A stretch of 64,000 nucleotides of DNA. Source: an uncultured Gemmatimonadaceae bacterium. GTDB lineage: Bacteria > Gemmatimonadota > Gemmatimonadetes > Gemmatimonadales > Gemmatimonadaceae. A program made the position numbers and the translations under genes. This document shows positions 30,905 to 41,836 of this stretch, in pieces (position 1 is the stretch's first letter; every line of letters begins with the position of its first letter). The stretch is from NCBI GenBank assembly GCA_963817955.1, contig CAWFQK010000002.1:1088001-1152000 (forward strand), written 5' to 3'. A model generated the notes under the pieces. The model was given only the letters and a program-made list of their open reading frames with translations. It was not told the origin of the DNA and made no database searches.

Positions 30905-32203
30905 TCATGCAGTCGCGGGGACGAGGTGCGCGGTGAGGGGTGAGCCGCGGTGTTCGAGCGCGCGGACATAGCGCGCGTCGTCATACGGGATGCTGTCGTG
31001 CCAGCAGCGCCAGAGAATCCGGATCCATTTGAACGCGAGCGTGCGAATGGCGGCGTGATGCGACTTGCCGCGTTGTCGTTGCAGGTGATAGAACGCGCGC
31101 GCCCAGGGGACGTGCGGTAGCGAGTACTGTGCGAACTCATGAAAGGTCTGGCGAAGAAACTTCGAGGTCGCCCAGCGCCAGTGCACCACGCAGCTCTTGC
31201 CGCTGCGCACGGTAATCGGGGCGATCCCTGCGGTTTGCTGCACGTCCGCCGCTGAGGGGTAGCGCGTGCGGTCCGAGCCAAACGCGACCAGGAGCCGCGG
31301 TGCGAAGGCCGCGCCGGCGCCCGGCACTGACTGAAAGATCACTGCATCGGGATGGGCGGCGAACGCCGCGGCGATCCGCTTCTCGAGCGCGACCAGACTC
31401 GGGTGCAGGGCCAGCAACTGGCGGGCGAGCATCTGCGCATGGAGGGCATGGGACTCGATGATGGCCGGGTCGCGCGTCAACGGGGTGGCCGTGGCGATTG
31501 CCTCCAGGCGCGCCGTGATGCCCGACTGGCTGCGGCAATTGTGCGCCGTGTAGAACGTCCGCACCGTCGCGGGGCGCGCGCGCTGCAGGGCTTCCAGCGT
31601 GGGCCACCGCTCCAGAAAGTCGCAGGCCAGGGGCGCACTGAGGTCGGTGCCGGCCACGGTGAGGGCGAGGGGGAAATAGGCCTTGAGCACGGCCTGCAAC
31701 TGCTGCGTGAGCCGGGTCCGCATGTCCACGAGCGTGCGCCGGATCTGCACGAGGTAGTTGAGCGAGCGCGTGGCGGCATCCTCCGGCATCCAGGGGTGCA
31801 ACTGGGCCTGATGGTGCGTCAGCAAGGCGAGCAGGAGCCGCGCATCCGGCACGTCGTCCTTGGCGCCGTTGGGGGAGAACACTTGGCGGAAGCGGCACAG
31901 GCTGCGCGGATTGACGGGATAGAGCACGAGGAACGGCGCCTCGAGGAGCGCGTGGACAATCGGGCCCCGCGAGGTCTCCAGGGCGATGCCGATCGGTTGG
32001 CCCCCGAAGCGGTGCGCGAGCGTGGCGAACCAGGCCGCGAGCGCCTCAGGGGTGTGCGCGAGGCGGACGGTCTCGACGGTCGCCGAGTCGGCGGCCTGCA
32101 GCGCGATCTCGTGGTGCTGGTCGCCCCAGTCGAGGCCGATCCGGGCCGCGAGTGGGATCAGTGGGGTCAGCGGAGTGGTATCCATTAGAGGAGTGGCATC
32201 CAT
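30905..32203 (-). CDS. IS110 DEDD recombinase A (~432 aa)
   Basis: IGLDWG (D), ALETS (E), KDDVPDA (D,D), VPGAG, TVRSGK (catalytic Ser), KWIRILWRCW. Confidence 0.95.
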   Translation of the reverse strand: MDATPLMDTTPLTPLIPLAARIGLDWGDQHHEIALQAADSATVETVRLAHTPEALAAWFATLAHRFGGQPIGIALETSRGPIVHALLEAPFLVLYPVNPRSLCRFRQVFSPNGAKDDVPDARLLLALLTHHQAQLHPWMPEDAATRSLNYLVQIRRTLVDMRTRLTQQLQAVLKAYFPLALTVAGTDLSAPLACDFLERWPTLEALQRARPATVRTFYTAHNCRSQSGITARLEAIATATPLTRDPAIIESHALHAQMLARQLLALHPSLVALEKRIAAAFAAHPDAVIFQSVPGAGAAFAPRLLVAFGSDRTRYPSAADVQQTAGIAPITVRSGKSCVVHWRWATSKFLRQTFHEFAQYSLPHVPWARAFYHLQRQRGKSHHAAIRTLAFKWIRILWRCWHDSIPYDDARYVRALEHRGSPLTAHLVPATA

Positions 32204-32279
32204 GAGACGCTCCGGACAAAGGAAAGGGTCGCAGCACGGGTCGCCGGGGCCACGCACGCTTCGGCACTCGAAAGTCTTA

Positions 32280-32540
32280 TAGCAGTCGTCGAGGGGTCGT
32301 CTCTCGCAGTCGTCTCTCGCAGTCGTCTGCCCTGACCCGCTTGACACACGTCAGTATCTGAGGATTCGTTTCACCGAAGCGCATCATCCGGCTCGTCGGG
32401 CTCTGCAGATTCGTCGCACGAAAGACCGTAGGCAGTCGTAGCCGGGTGGTGCGTGTTCCCTCTTCTGCCTACACCGCAGAAGCAGTTTCAACTGGCGCGG
32501 AAGACGTGCGACCCGCACCCCTCACTCGGCGCAGCGGAAG
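32280..32540 (-). ncRNA. Putative bridge RNA of IS110-A (ends approximate)
   Basis: Target loop closed by GCACCACCCGGCT/AGCCGGATGATGC, with left guide ACGGTCTT (32429-22), inner hairpin TTCGT-gcg-ACGAA and right guide CTGCAGAG (32408-01); donor-matching CCTCAGATA (32363-55). Confidence 0.78.
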
Positions 32541-32625
32541 AACTAAAGATAGGACCGTGAAGGATTGTCTCGCCTGGAAGTCTTGGCTGATGCCGTCGTG
32601 ACGCTCCGATGGTATCGCCCAGGTC

Positions 32626-32685
32626 GGGATCATCAACGATATCGGCGGAATGCTTGTGGACTCGGCAATCACGGTTCATTCCACC
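32626..32685 (+). pseudogene. Short remnant resembling the N-terminus of a GxxExxY protein
   Basis: GIINDIGGMLVDSAITVHST, truncated before the GPGxxExxY motif and lying inside the inverted-repeat unit. Confidence 0.45.
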
Positions 32686-32837
32686 AATACGCGCTTCCCT
32701 CTTCCGTACGCTTACAGTTCTCTCCTGCAGTTCTCTCGCAGTTCTCTTGCAGTTCTCTGCGTCCTCTGCGTTAAAAGCTGTTCTATCGGTCACCGAGATC
32801 CTTCGCTTCGCTCAGCAACTGTCTTGAAAGTCAAGGA

Positions 32838-34045
<1,208 letters not shown>

Positions 34046-34140
34046 AGATACAAGGATGACAGACAATTCGCCCACTCATTTCCGCGAAGACCCCCCTCTA
34101 GGGTAGACGCGCCGGTGTCACCGGACCTCCGCGAAGGTCA

Positions 34141-34368
34141 TTAGTTCCTCGTCCCCCGCTTCACGTCAAAGATCACGCTGCGCTTGCACGTGGCGCAGAT
34201 CAACCATTCGCGCCGCCGCGAGTAGCCCAACCCGAATGAACCGCCGCCGATGCTGCGGGCGGTGAGTTGCGTACCATCGCGTGGGCAGACCGCCGCGCCG
34301 CCGCTCGCGTATGCATCGCGAATCGCGCGCTCCTCGACCAGCTCGTACTTCGCTGATTCAGCGGTCAT
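34141..34368 (-). CDS. Small putative zinc-ribbon protein
   Basis: CPRDG...CATC; start overlaps the stop of the upstream dehydrogenase. Confidence 0.7.
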   Translation of the reverse strand: MTAESAKYELVEERAIRDAYASGGAAVCPRDGTQLTARSIGGGSFGLGYSRRREWLICATCKRSVIFDVKRGTRN

Positions 34369-35405
34369 GAGATCCGCACTACGATTTTGCCGAACTGCGC
34401 GCCGCTCTGCAGTCGCTCGAAGGCGGCCCGTCCGTCGTTGAGCTGATACACGCTATCGATCGGGGGCAGCAACCGTCCCCGTCGCAGTTCGCCGACGACC
34501 GCGTCGAAGTCGGCGTCACTGCCCATGGTGGAACCGAGAATCGACCACTGATTCCAGAACAGTCGGCGCACATCGGTTTCGACCATCGGGCCTGACGTGG
34601 CACCACAGGTCACGAGCCGCCCGCGCCGACCTAGCGCGCGCAAGGATTGATTCCAGGTCTCTTTGCCAACGTTGTCCACGACAACATCAACGCCACGTTT
34701 GCCAGTCTGATCGCGAATCGTGCGGGCGACGTCCACCTCGTTCCGATTGAGGCATTCGTCGGCACCAAGTCCCGCGGCGCGACGCAACTTCTCGTCACTG
34801 CTCGACACCGCCCAGACACGGGCGCCGAGCTGTTTGCAGATTTGAAGCGCCGCCAACGCCACGCCCCCGCCAATGCCCCAGATCAGCACGCTCTCGCCCG
34901 CCCGCACACGTGCGCGCGTCACGAGCATGCGCCACGCAGTGAGCGTTGCCAGCGTGAAGGCCGCAGCCTGCTCGGGTGAAACGCTGGCCGGCACGGAACG
35001 GACGTTCACCGCCGGCACCACGATGTACTCGGCCATCGTGCCGGGATAATGCTCGCCGAGGATGCCGAACTGCGGACAGAGCGGTTGCTCACCCTCGAGA
35101 CAATACTCGCAGGTTCGATCACTCAAACCCGGATTGACGACGACGTAGTCGCCGGCCGAAACGTCCGTCACCTCGGCGCCTACCTGGTCGATGACGCCGC
35201 AGGCATCGGCGCCCAGTGTCCACGGCGGCGTGATGGTAACACCGGGCAAACCCGGTAGGACGAACAGGTCGAGATGATTGAGCGCTGCCGCCTTCACGCG
35301 AATGCGCACATCAGTTGGGCGCTGCACTTCGGGCGCGGGAATGTCGTCACGCCACTCGATGCGATCGAGCCCACCGTGAGTGGAGATGGTAAGTGCTTGC
35401 ATCAC
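34365..35405 (-). CDS. Zinc-binding alcohol dehydrogenase / quinone oxidoreductase (MDR)
   Basis: ALNHLD, CEYC...C, WGIGGGV, CGATSG, GSTMG. Confidence 0.93.
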   Translation of the reverse strand: MMQALTISTHGGLDRIEWRDDIPAPEVQRPTDVRIRVKAAALNHLDLFVLPGLPGVTITPPWTLGADACGVIDQVGAEVTDVSAGDYVVVNPGLSDRTCEYCLEGEQPLCPQFGILGEHYPGTMAEYIVVPAVNVRSVPASVSPEQAAAFTLATLTAWRMLVTRARVRAGESVLIWGIGGGVALAALQICKQLGARVWAVSSSDEKLRRAAGLGADECLNRNEVDVARTIRDQTGKRGVDVVVDNVGKETWNQSLRALGRRGRLVTCGATSGPMVETDVRRLFWNQWSILGSTMGSDADFDAVVGELRRGRLLPPIDSVYQLNDGRAAFERLQSGAQFGKIVVRIS

Positions 35406-35459
35406 AGGCCGATTATATTGAGTGCGACGGAAACTAGGCCTCTCTCTGAGTACACGCGA

Positions 35460-36719
35460 ATGTCAGCCATCAAAGTGCCGCCGCTCGGGGAATCGATCGT
35501 CGAAGCCACGATCTCACGATGGCTGAAGAAGGAAGGCGACCGCATTGTCCCCGGCGACACACTGGTCGAGCTCGAGACCGACAAGATCACCGTCGAGGTG
35601 CCGGCCATGAGCGCGGGTGTGCTGACGAAACGCGCACGGGCCGAAGGGGATGTCGTGAAGGTCGATGATCTCCTCGCCGAAATTGACGAGAACGCTGCCG
35701 TCGCGGCCGCCCCGGAGCCTTCCCCCGCCGCCACCACGATCGCAGCCCCCACGCCGCTGCCAAACGCGCCCGCGGTGCCACGCGACGTTCGTGTCTCACC
35801 CGCCGCGCAACGAGTTGCCGCCGAACGCGCGACGGACTTGTCGACGGTACAGGGAACCGGACGCGGCGGCGTGGTGAGCAAGCCCGATGTAATCGAGAGT
35901 GGCGAGCTGCGAGCTGCGACGCCCAAGGAACAGCCGAGCGCGAACCTGACGCCGCGTCGTCAAGAAACCAAGCCTACCCCCGCACCGACCGCACCGACCG
36001 CACCGGCCGCGCAGCCCGCCAGCGAGCGCGAGACGCGGGAGAAGATGACGACTCGACGCAAGCGCATCGCCGAGAATCTGCTCGAGTCGCAACACGCGAC
36101 AGCGCACCTAACGACGTTTAACGAGATCGACATGTCCGCCGTGAGCGCGGTCCGCGAGCGGCTCAAGGAACGAGTGGAAAAGGAACACGGCGTGAAGCTG
36201 TCGTTCATGCCGTTCTTCGTGAAGGCAGCATGCCTCGCTCTCAAGGCCTATCCCACGGTCAACGCGCAGGTCGATGGTGACTCGATCGTCTACAAGCACT
36301 ACGTGAACATGGGTATTGCCGTCGCGTCGGAAGGCGGCCTGGTCGTGCCGAACGTGAAGGACGCAGACCGGAAGGGGTTGCTCGATATCGCGCGGGACAT
36401 CACGGGACTCGCGAAGAAGGCGCGCGAGACCAAACTCACGATGGAAGATCTCACTGGCGGCACGTTCACGATCACGAATGGTGGCGTGTTCGGCTCGCTC
36501 CTCTCGACGCCAATCATCAACTATCCCCAGGTCGGCATCCTTGGTTTGCACAAGACTCAGGATCGGCCCGTGGCGATAAATGGCAACGTCGAAATTCGGC
36601 CGATGATGTACACGGCGCTGTCGTACGACCATCGCATCATCGACGGACAGAATGCCGTACTGTTCCTGGTGCGCGTAAAGGAATTGATGGAGGATCCGGC
36701 GGCCATGTTGGTGGAATAG
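35460..36719 (+). CDS. sucB: 2-oxoglutarate dehydrogenase E2 (dihydrolipoyl succinyltransferase)
   Basis: Lipoyl ETDK, E3-binding [33 protein letters not shown]. Confidence 0.96.
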   Translation: MSAIKVPPLGESIVEATISRWLKKEGDRIVPGDTLVELETDKITVEVPAMSAGVLTKRARAEGDVVKVDDLLAEIDENAAVAAAPEPSPAATTIAAPTPLPNAPAVPRDVRVSPAAQRVAAERATDLSTVQGTGRGGVVSKPDVIESGELRAATPKEQPSANLTPRRQETKPTPAPTAPTAPAAQPASERETREKMTTRRKRIAENLLESQHATAHLTTFNEIDMSAVSAVRERLKERVEKEHGVKLSFMPFFVKAACLALKAYPTVNAQVDGDSIVYKHYVNMGIAVASEGGLVVPNVKDADRKGLLDIARDITGLAKKARETKLTMEDLTGGTFTITNGGVFGSLLSTPIINYPQVGILGLHKTQDRPVAINGNVEIRPMMYTALSYDHRIIDGQNAVLFLVRVKELMEDPAAMLVE

Positions 36720-36764
36720 AGGAAGTCGGCGCCGCCGCCGGTGACCTCCAGTTACTCTTTCGCC

Positions 36765-38150
36765 ATGAACACTTCTGACGTTGTAATCATCGGCGGCGGG
36801 CCGGGCGGCTATGTCGCGGCCCTTCGCGCGGCACAGCTCGGACTCAACACGGCCTGCGTCGAGATGGATAAGACGCTCGGCGGCACCTGCGTCAATGTCG
36901 GCTGCATTCCGTCGAAGGCGCTGCTCACCTCGTCCGAACATTACGAGTTTGCGCGACACGCGGCGGCGGCGCACGGCATCAAGCTCGGTGACATCGAGCT
37001 CGACCTCCGCACCCTGCTCCAGCGCAAGGACGACGTTGTCGACCAGAATACCAAAGGGATCGAGTTCCTGTTCCGTAAGAACAAGATCACCTGGGCCAAG
37101 GGCAAAGGCACGCTACGCCCCGGAAACGTCGTGGAAGTCTCCGACGGATCCAGCTATCAGGCGAAGCACGTCATCATCGCCACCGGCTCCGTGCCCATCG
37201 AGTTGCCCTTCCTCAAGTTCGACGAAGAGCGAATCCTCTCGAACGTCGGCGCGCTCAAGATACCCCAGGTGCCCAAGCATCTGATCGTCATCGGCGGCGG
37301 TGTGATCGGACTCGAGCTCGGGTCGGTGTGGAAGCGGCTCGGCGCCGCTGTCACGGTGGTCGAGCTACTCCCTGGAATCTTGCCTGGGATGGATGACGAC
37401 ATAGTCAAGGAAGCGCACAGGGCGCTGCGCAAACAAGGACTCGACATTCGCACGGGTACGCGGGTGACGAATGGCGGCCGCACTGAGGACGGCGTATTTA
37501 TCGAAGTCGAGAAGGATGGGACGGCCGACCGCATCGAGGGCGACTGCGTTCTCGTATCCGTTGGACGCCGACCGGCGACCGGCGGCATCGACGCCACAGC
37601 GCTCGGGCTCAACGTCGGCAGGCGAGGGGAGATTCTCGTCGACGACCAGATGCGCACAAACCTGCCGAACGTCTTCGCGGTCGGCGATTGCGTTCCCGGA
37701 CCCATGCTCGCGCACAAGGCGGAAGAGGAGGGCGTCGTTGCCGCCGAAGTGATCGCCGGCAAGCCGATGCACATGCACTACACGTCGATTCCGAGCGTCG
37801 TATATACCTGGCCGGAAATCGCGGCCGTCGGATTGACAGAGCGACAGGTGAAAGAAAGCGGCCGCGCCTACAAGACCGGCAAGTTCCCGTTCTCGGCGAA
37901 CGGACGTGCACGGTCCATGGGCGAAACCGTTGGCTTCGTGAAGTTCATTGCTGACGCAACGACCGACGAACTGCTCGGCGCGCACATGATCGGGCCGAAC
38001 GTCTCGGAATTGATCGCCGAGGTAGTGCTTGCGTTCGAGTACAGAGGTTCGTCTGAAGACATCGGCGTGACGGTTCACGCGCATCCGACATTGTCGGAGG
38101 TCACCAAGGAAGCGGCGCTCGCCACGCTCGGACGCGCGTTGCACATCTAA
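36765..38150 (+). CDS. lpdA: Dihydrolipoyl dehydrogenase
   Basis: GGGPGGY, GGTCVNVGCIPSK, GGGVIGLE, HAHPTLSE. Confidence 0.98.
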   Translation: MNTSDVVIIGGGPGGYVAALRAAQLGLNTACVEMDKTLGGTCVNVGCIPSKALLTSSEHYEFARHAAAAHGIKLGDIELDLRTLLQRKDDVVDQNTKGIEFLFRKNKITWAKGKGTLRPGNVVEVSDGSSYQAKHVIIATGSVPIELPFLKFDEERILSNVGALKIPQVPKHLIVIGGGVIGLELGSVWKRLGAAVTVVELLPGILPGMDDDIVKEAHRALRKQGLDIRTGTRVTNGGRTEDGVFIEVEKDGTADRIEGDCVLVSVGRRPATGGIDATALGLNVGRRGEILVDDQMRTNLPNVFAVGDCVPGPMLAHKAEEEGVVAAEVIAGKPMHMHYTSIPSVVYTWPEIAAVGLTERQVKESGRAYKTGKFPFSANGRARSMGETVGFVKFIADATTDELLGAHMIGPNVSELIAEVVLAFEYRGSSEDIGVTVHAHPTLSEVTKEAALATLGRALHI

Positions 38151-38151
38151 C

Positions 38152-38634
38152 GTGTCAGGCTACTTTGCCCTCGACCCGCGGCCGCTGCGGCCGGAAGATA
38201 CGCAAGACTCGCGCGTACTTCTGATGGGAGCGCTGGGTATCACCCCATACATCGATCGTGCGATCGAGGTATTGGAACTCGCCGAACGCCGTGACGATCC
38301 CGAGCATCGCGCGCTCGTAATCGCGCGCGATGGAACGATTGCGGGACTCGTGCTCTACGGCGCTATCGCCGGAACCGACGGTGGCGCGCGGCTGCATACC
38401 GCGATTCTTGCACCCGGTGTAGACGTGGACGACGTCGGCGAACGGCTGATGCGCGCCATGTCCACGGCATCGCGAGACGCCGGCGCGCGTTTCATCCTCG
38501 CTGAGCTGCCGGATGATCCCGCCATCGGCACTGTTCTGACGCTGCTGCGCGACTTCGGCTTTCAGGAAGAAGCGCGCGTACCCGATTTCTACCGCGAAGG
38601 CATCGCGCTCACATTTCTCCGACTGAATCTCTAG
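38152..38634 (+). CDS. GNAT-family acetyltransferase-like protein
   Basis: VGERLM...GARFILAE...GFQEEARVPDFY. Confidence 0.75.
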   Translation: MSGYFALDPRPLRPEDTQDSRVLLMGALGITPYIDRAIEVLELAERRDDPEHRALVIARDGTIAGLVLYGAIAGTDGGARLHTAILAPGVDVDDVGERLMRAMSTASRDAGARFILAELPDDPAIGTVLTLLRDFGFQEEARVPDFYREGIALTFLRLNL

Positions 38635-38668
38635 CCCGCGATGCGCAGATCGCGAAGAACGCCGAGCC

Positions 38669-39211
38669 TCAGGGCTTGCCGATCGTCGCCTTGACCTGTT
38701 CGAGGAATAGCGCCTCTAGGCGTCCGCTCGTTCCACACGGGAACCGATCGGAGCTGCTGCCGGACATATCCTGACCCATGGGGACGAACGTCGTCTGAAC
38801 CTTGGTGCCACCGTTCCCGTCGGTCACCACGCTCGTCAGCAGCGACATATAGATTCGATAGCTGGCGGCCTTGGGCCCAGTCATTCCGGTGCCACAATCA
38901 ACTAGCTGCGCCATCGGCTGGCCGTCGAACTGCCGCGATCGATAAAACATGGGATTGCCGATCTGATGGGCCGCTGGGTTATCGACCGTGAGCGGAATCT
39001 CCAGGTCGGCATAGACCTTCCTCACGGCGAGCCAGACAGTGGCCGGGGGCGCCGCGATCGTGATGGCGGTGGCGGTGGGACGATCGGCAAGGAGTTGTCC
39101 CGTTTCGGCGCTGGAGAAGATCGCCGCCTGCCGGGGGGTGATTTCCTCTTCGGTGGTATTGCCGGCAGTCGCGCAGCCGCACAGGAGGAGGACAAGGAAG
39201 GTACGACGCAT
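38669..39211 (-). CDS. Hypothetical lipoprotein
   Basis: MRRTFLVLLLCGC lipobox; paired Cys (DCG...PCG). Confidence 0.75.
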   Translation of the reverse strand: MRRTFLVLLLCGCATAGNTTEEEITPRQAAIFSSAETGQLLADRPTATAITIAAPPATVWLAVRKVYADLEIPLTVDNPAAHQIGNPMFYRSRQFDGQPMAQLVDCGTGMTGPKAASYRIYMSLLTSVVTDGNGGTKVQTTFVPMGQDMSGSSSDRFPCGTSGRLEALFLEQVKATIGKP

Positions 39212-39278
39212 GAGAAAATTGGTTGAGGACGGCACACGATGCAGGAAATTGCAGGAGTTGCAACCCCAACATCATCAC

Positions 39279-40382
39279 ATGATCATGACGCCAATTCGAT
39301 TGCTCTGCTGGACCACCGCCACAGCGGTCGTCCTCGGCTGCGCACGTACGACGGTGACTCCACAACCGACACCGGGGAGCCGCACAACACTGTCTTCGGC
39401 GGTAACTGAAGCGAACGTTCGTGCCAAGCTATATGTGCTCTCGGCAGACTCTATGGAAGGACGAATGACGGCGGCGCCCGGCGGTGCGCGCGCCGCACGA
39501 TATATCGCTGCGCAGATGCAGATCGCGGGACTGCGACCAGGAGGCGACAGCGGGTTCTTCCAGCGTATTCCCGTGTCGGTCGCAGCCGGTGGCACGCCAC
39601 GCAGCGTCGACAGCTTCGCTACATGGGACACCATTCCCGTCGCGCGCCGCGGCATGGCGGTGAATGTCATCGGAATTTTGCCGGGCGAGATCGGCGATAG
39701 CGCGATCGTCATCGACGCGCATTACGACCACCTCGGTCGTGCGCCAGGAGGTCGCTGTCGTCCCGAGGGTGCGGACTCGATCTGCAACGGTGCCGATGAC
39801 GATGCATCGGGCACTGTCGCCATCCTCGAGATCGCAAAATCGCTTGCTGCGGGACCAAAGCCGCATCGCACGATTGTCTTTGTGGCAACAACCGGCGAGG
39901 AAGTAGGGTTGGTCGGCACGCGATGGTACATCGCGCATCCCGCTGTGCCGCTCGATCACATGACCGCCAACCTCGAGATCGAAATGATCGACCGCCCGGA
40001 TTCGCTCGCCGGCGGCGCAGGGCGCGCCTGGCTCACCGGCTACGATCGCTCATCGATGGGCGATATGTTCGCGGTGGCAGGACTGCCAATTGTACCTGAC
40101 CGCCGCCCCTGCCAAGGATTTTTCGAACGCAGCGACAACATTGCGTTTGCGCGCGCTGGCATTCCCGCGCACACGCTGTCCACCTTCGATCTGCACGCCG
40201 ACTATCACCACGTCAACGACGAAGCGCAGCTTGCCAACATTCCGCACATGACCGGAGTGATTCGCGGCGCGGTCTCGGCCGTCGATCTGTTGGCGAACGG
40301 TCCGTCGCCCAAGTGGTATGACGGCCGACGGCCGCCGGCGACGGGACGGATCATGGTTCCTGGCTGCTCGCCGGTGCGTTAA
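39279..40382 (+). CDS. M28-family metallopeptidase (lipoprotein)
   Basis: AHYDHLG, NGADDDASG, TGEE, NLEIEMI, RSDN, YHH. Confidence 0.93.
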   Translation: MIMTPIRLLCWTTATAVVLGCARTTVTPQPTPGSRTTLSSAVTEANVRAKLYVLSADSMEGRMTAAPGGARAARYIAAQMQIAGLRPGGDSGFFQRIPVSVAAGGTPRSVDSFATWDTIPVARRGMAVNVIGILPGEIGDSAIVIDAHYDHLGRAPGGRCRPEGADSICNGADDDASGTVAILEIAKSLAAGPKPHRTIVFVATTGEEVGLVGTRWYIAHPAVPLDHMTANLEIEMIDRPDSLAGGAGRAWLTGYDRSSMGDMFAVAGLPIVPDRRPCQGFFERSDNIAFARAGIPAHTLSTFDLHADYHHVNDEAQLANIPHMTGVIRGAVSAVDLLANGPSPKWYDGRRPPATGRIMVPGCSPVR

Positions 40383-40984
40383 GGCAGGCATCCCAGCGCT
40401 TGGAGCGCGACTGGTAGTGCCAGTCGCGCCCACTCGGCGTACATCACGCCCGATGGATGAAGTCCATCACTTGCCGTGAGCGCCGGATCCCCCGACGCGG
40501 TACGCGAAACTGGCGTGATGTCGAGCAAGCGCGCGCCAGCGCGAGCGGTCTCGTCGCGCGCTACTGCATTGAATGCGTCAATGTCCAGCGAGATCCCCTT
40601 CCGGTTGCGTCCCGCAGCAAACGGCGTCACGCTCCAATCGGGAATTGAAAGCACGATCACGCGAGATGCACGGGATGCTGCGTACGTGACCGCGTGCGCC
40701 AGCAACGCGCAGAATTGCGTTTGGAATTCGTCGATTGGCCGACCGCGGTATTGGTTATTCACGCCGATGAGCAGCGTCACCAGGTCGTAGGACCGGGCCA
40801 ATCGCGCCGCGTGGATTCCTGCCAATAACTCGTCCGTCGCCCAGCCCGTCCGCGCAACGATCGATGGATCCGCGACGGAAATGCCGCATGTGCGCAGCAT
40901 CGCGACAAGGCGCGCGGGCCATCCCTCATCGGCGGGAACAGCTTCGCCGATTGTGTATGAATCGCCGAGACACAGGATGCGCAC
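40379..40984 (-). CDS. SGNH/GDSL hydrolase
   Basis: LGDSYTIGE, LIGVNNQYRG, DGLHPS. Confidence 0.95.
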   Translation of the reverse strand: MRILCLGDSYTIGEAVPADEGWPARLVAMLRTCGISVADPSIVARTGWATDELLAGIHAARLARSYDLVTLLIGVNNQYRGRPIDEFQTQFCALLAHAVTYAASRASRVIVLSIPDWSVTPFAAGRNRKGISLDIDAFNAVARDETARAGARLLDITPVSRTASGDPALTASDGLHPSGVMYAEWARLALPVALQALGCLP

Positions 40985-41212
40985 CTAGGACTTCGGTGGC
41001 TTCTGGTGCTCCTCGGCGCGGGCATTCTGCCCCATCACCAAACGGAGTTGTGAGAGAAACCGGGCGGGCCCCGCGTCATTCGGCAGTTCGGAGAGTGCCC
41101 GCATCACGTCGTGCTGACTCACCGCCAAGCCGGCGCTGAGCGTATTCGGATCGACGCCGACGCGTTCGAATTCGTGGAGCAGATGGGAAAAACGTTCAGC
41201 TTGCCTAGACAT
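40985..41212 (-). CDS. Small hypothetical protein
   Basis: ORF abutting the SGNH gene start, same strand. Confidence 0.55.
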   Translation of the reverse strand: MSRQAERFSHLLHEFERVGVDPNTLSAGLAVSQHDVMRALSELPNDAGPARFLSQLRLVMGQNARAEEHQKPPKS

Positions 41213-41328
41213 GCTGCCCTCGGATAGCTGTCCCCTTGAAGGTTCACCGGACACGCGTCCGCGTCAACGCTGAGACCGCTGCGCAAGGTGCGTTCCGCTA
41301 CGGCAGTGGGTTGAGGAACTAACGGAAA

Positions 41329-41366
41329 ACAGAACGGCCGGCTCCGAAAGGAGCCGGCCGTTCTGT
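41329..41366. terminator. Strong hairpin terminator
   Basis: ACAGAACGGCCGGCTCC-GAAA-GGAGCCGGCCGTTCTGT just after the anti-sigma gene. Confidence 0.85.
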
Positions 41367-41382
41367 TCTGGAAGGCAAGCTC

Positions 41383-41835
41383 TTAGTGCGCCGCAGCCAT
41401 GAAGACCGCGGTGACCGCAGCGACCACTGCCACGAGGGCAGTGGTTGCAGCGAGGGCCGTAACAGGCGTCACGACGAACTCTCGGCGCCACCAGGGCGTA
41501 ATGACCTGGGGGACGGTTTGTGGCAGCGCTTCCATGATGCGCGCCTCGAGATACGTCGGCGTGTGCATGCGGCGGCGGCGCTCGACTTCGACATTGATGT
41601 GTTTCCAGAACTCCACGTCTCGAGCCGTATCGCCCTTGCGGACGCTCGCCTCGGGAAGTTCGCCATCCAGCCACGCATGCAGCGCCGGCGCTAACACACG
41701 GGCATCCTGCTCCTGATGACCCAGCGGCACTTCTCGATCGGCAAGCGGGCGCTGGTTTTCGCTGCGCCGCGCAGGCCGAACTTGGTGACCGTCGAACCCG
41801 CCAAGGCCGTCATCGGAGCGGAGATCGTCTACCAT
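41383..41835 (-). CDS. Putative anti-sigma factor
   Basis: Starts immediately after the ECF sigma stop; LHAWLDGEL helix, TP..LEARIM, C-terminal hydrophobic helix. Confidence 0.65.
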   Translation of the reverse strand: MVDDLRSDDGLGGFDGHQVRPARRSENQRPLADREVPLGHQEQDARVLAPALHAWLDGELPEASVRKGDTARDVEFWKHINVEVERRRRMHTPTYLEARIMEALPQTVPQVITPWWRREFVVTPVTALAATTALVAVVAAVTAVFMAAAH

Positions 41836-41836
41836 G

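Larger units (their letters stand above)
30869..32552 (-). mobile_element. IS110-family element A (complete, CT core duplicated)
   Basis: AG (CT on the sense strand) at 30869-70 and 32551-52; excision restores AACTGCAG-AG-GACCGTGA; guides in the non-coding end match both flanks; predicted circle junction TTGACG-16-TATCTT. Confidence 0.87.
30821..32782. repeat. REPIN/MITE-like unit with long inverted GCAGAGAACT-type arms, interrupted by IS110-A
   Basis: Left arm 30821-30870 AACAGCCATTTAACGCAGAGAACTGCAAGAGAACGCAGAGAACTGCAGAG; reverse complement of the right arm (~32715-32782) AACAGCTTTTAACGCAGAGGACGCAGAGAACTGCAAGAGAACTGCG...; about 280 bp once the IS is removed. Confidence 0.8.

Noticed and set aside
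30872..32363. 9-bp direct repeat TATCTGAGG as a target-site duplication bounding IS110-A
   Set aside because: Target-matching guides lie beyond 32363, and AG cores at 30869 and 32551 give a clean empty site plus a junction promoter; the second copy is better explained as the donor guide.
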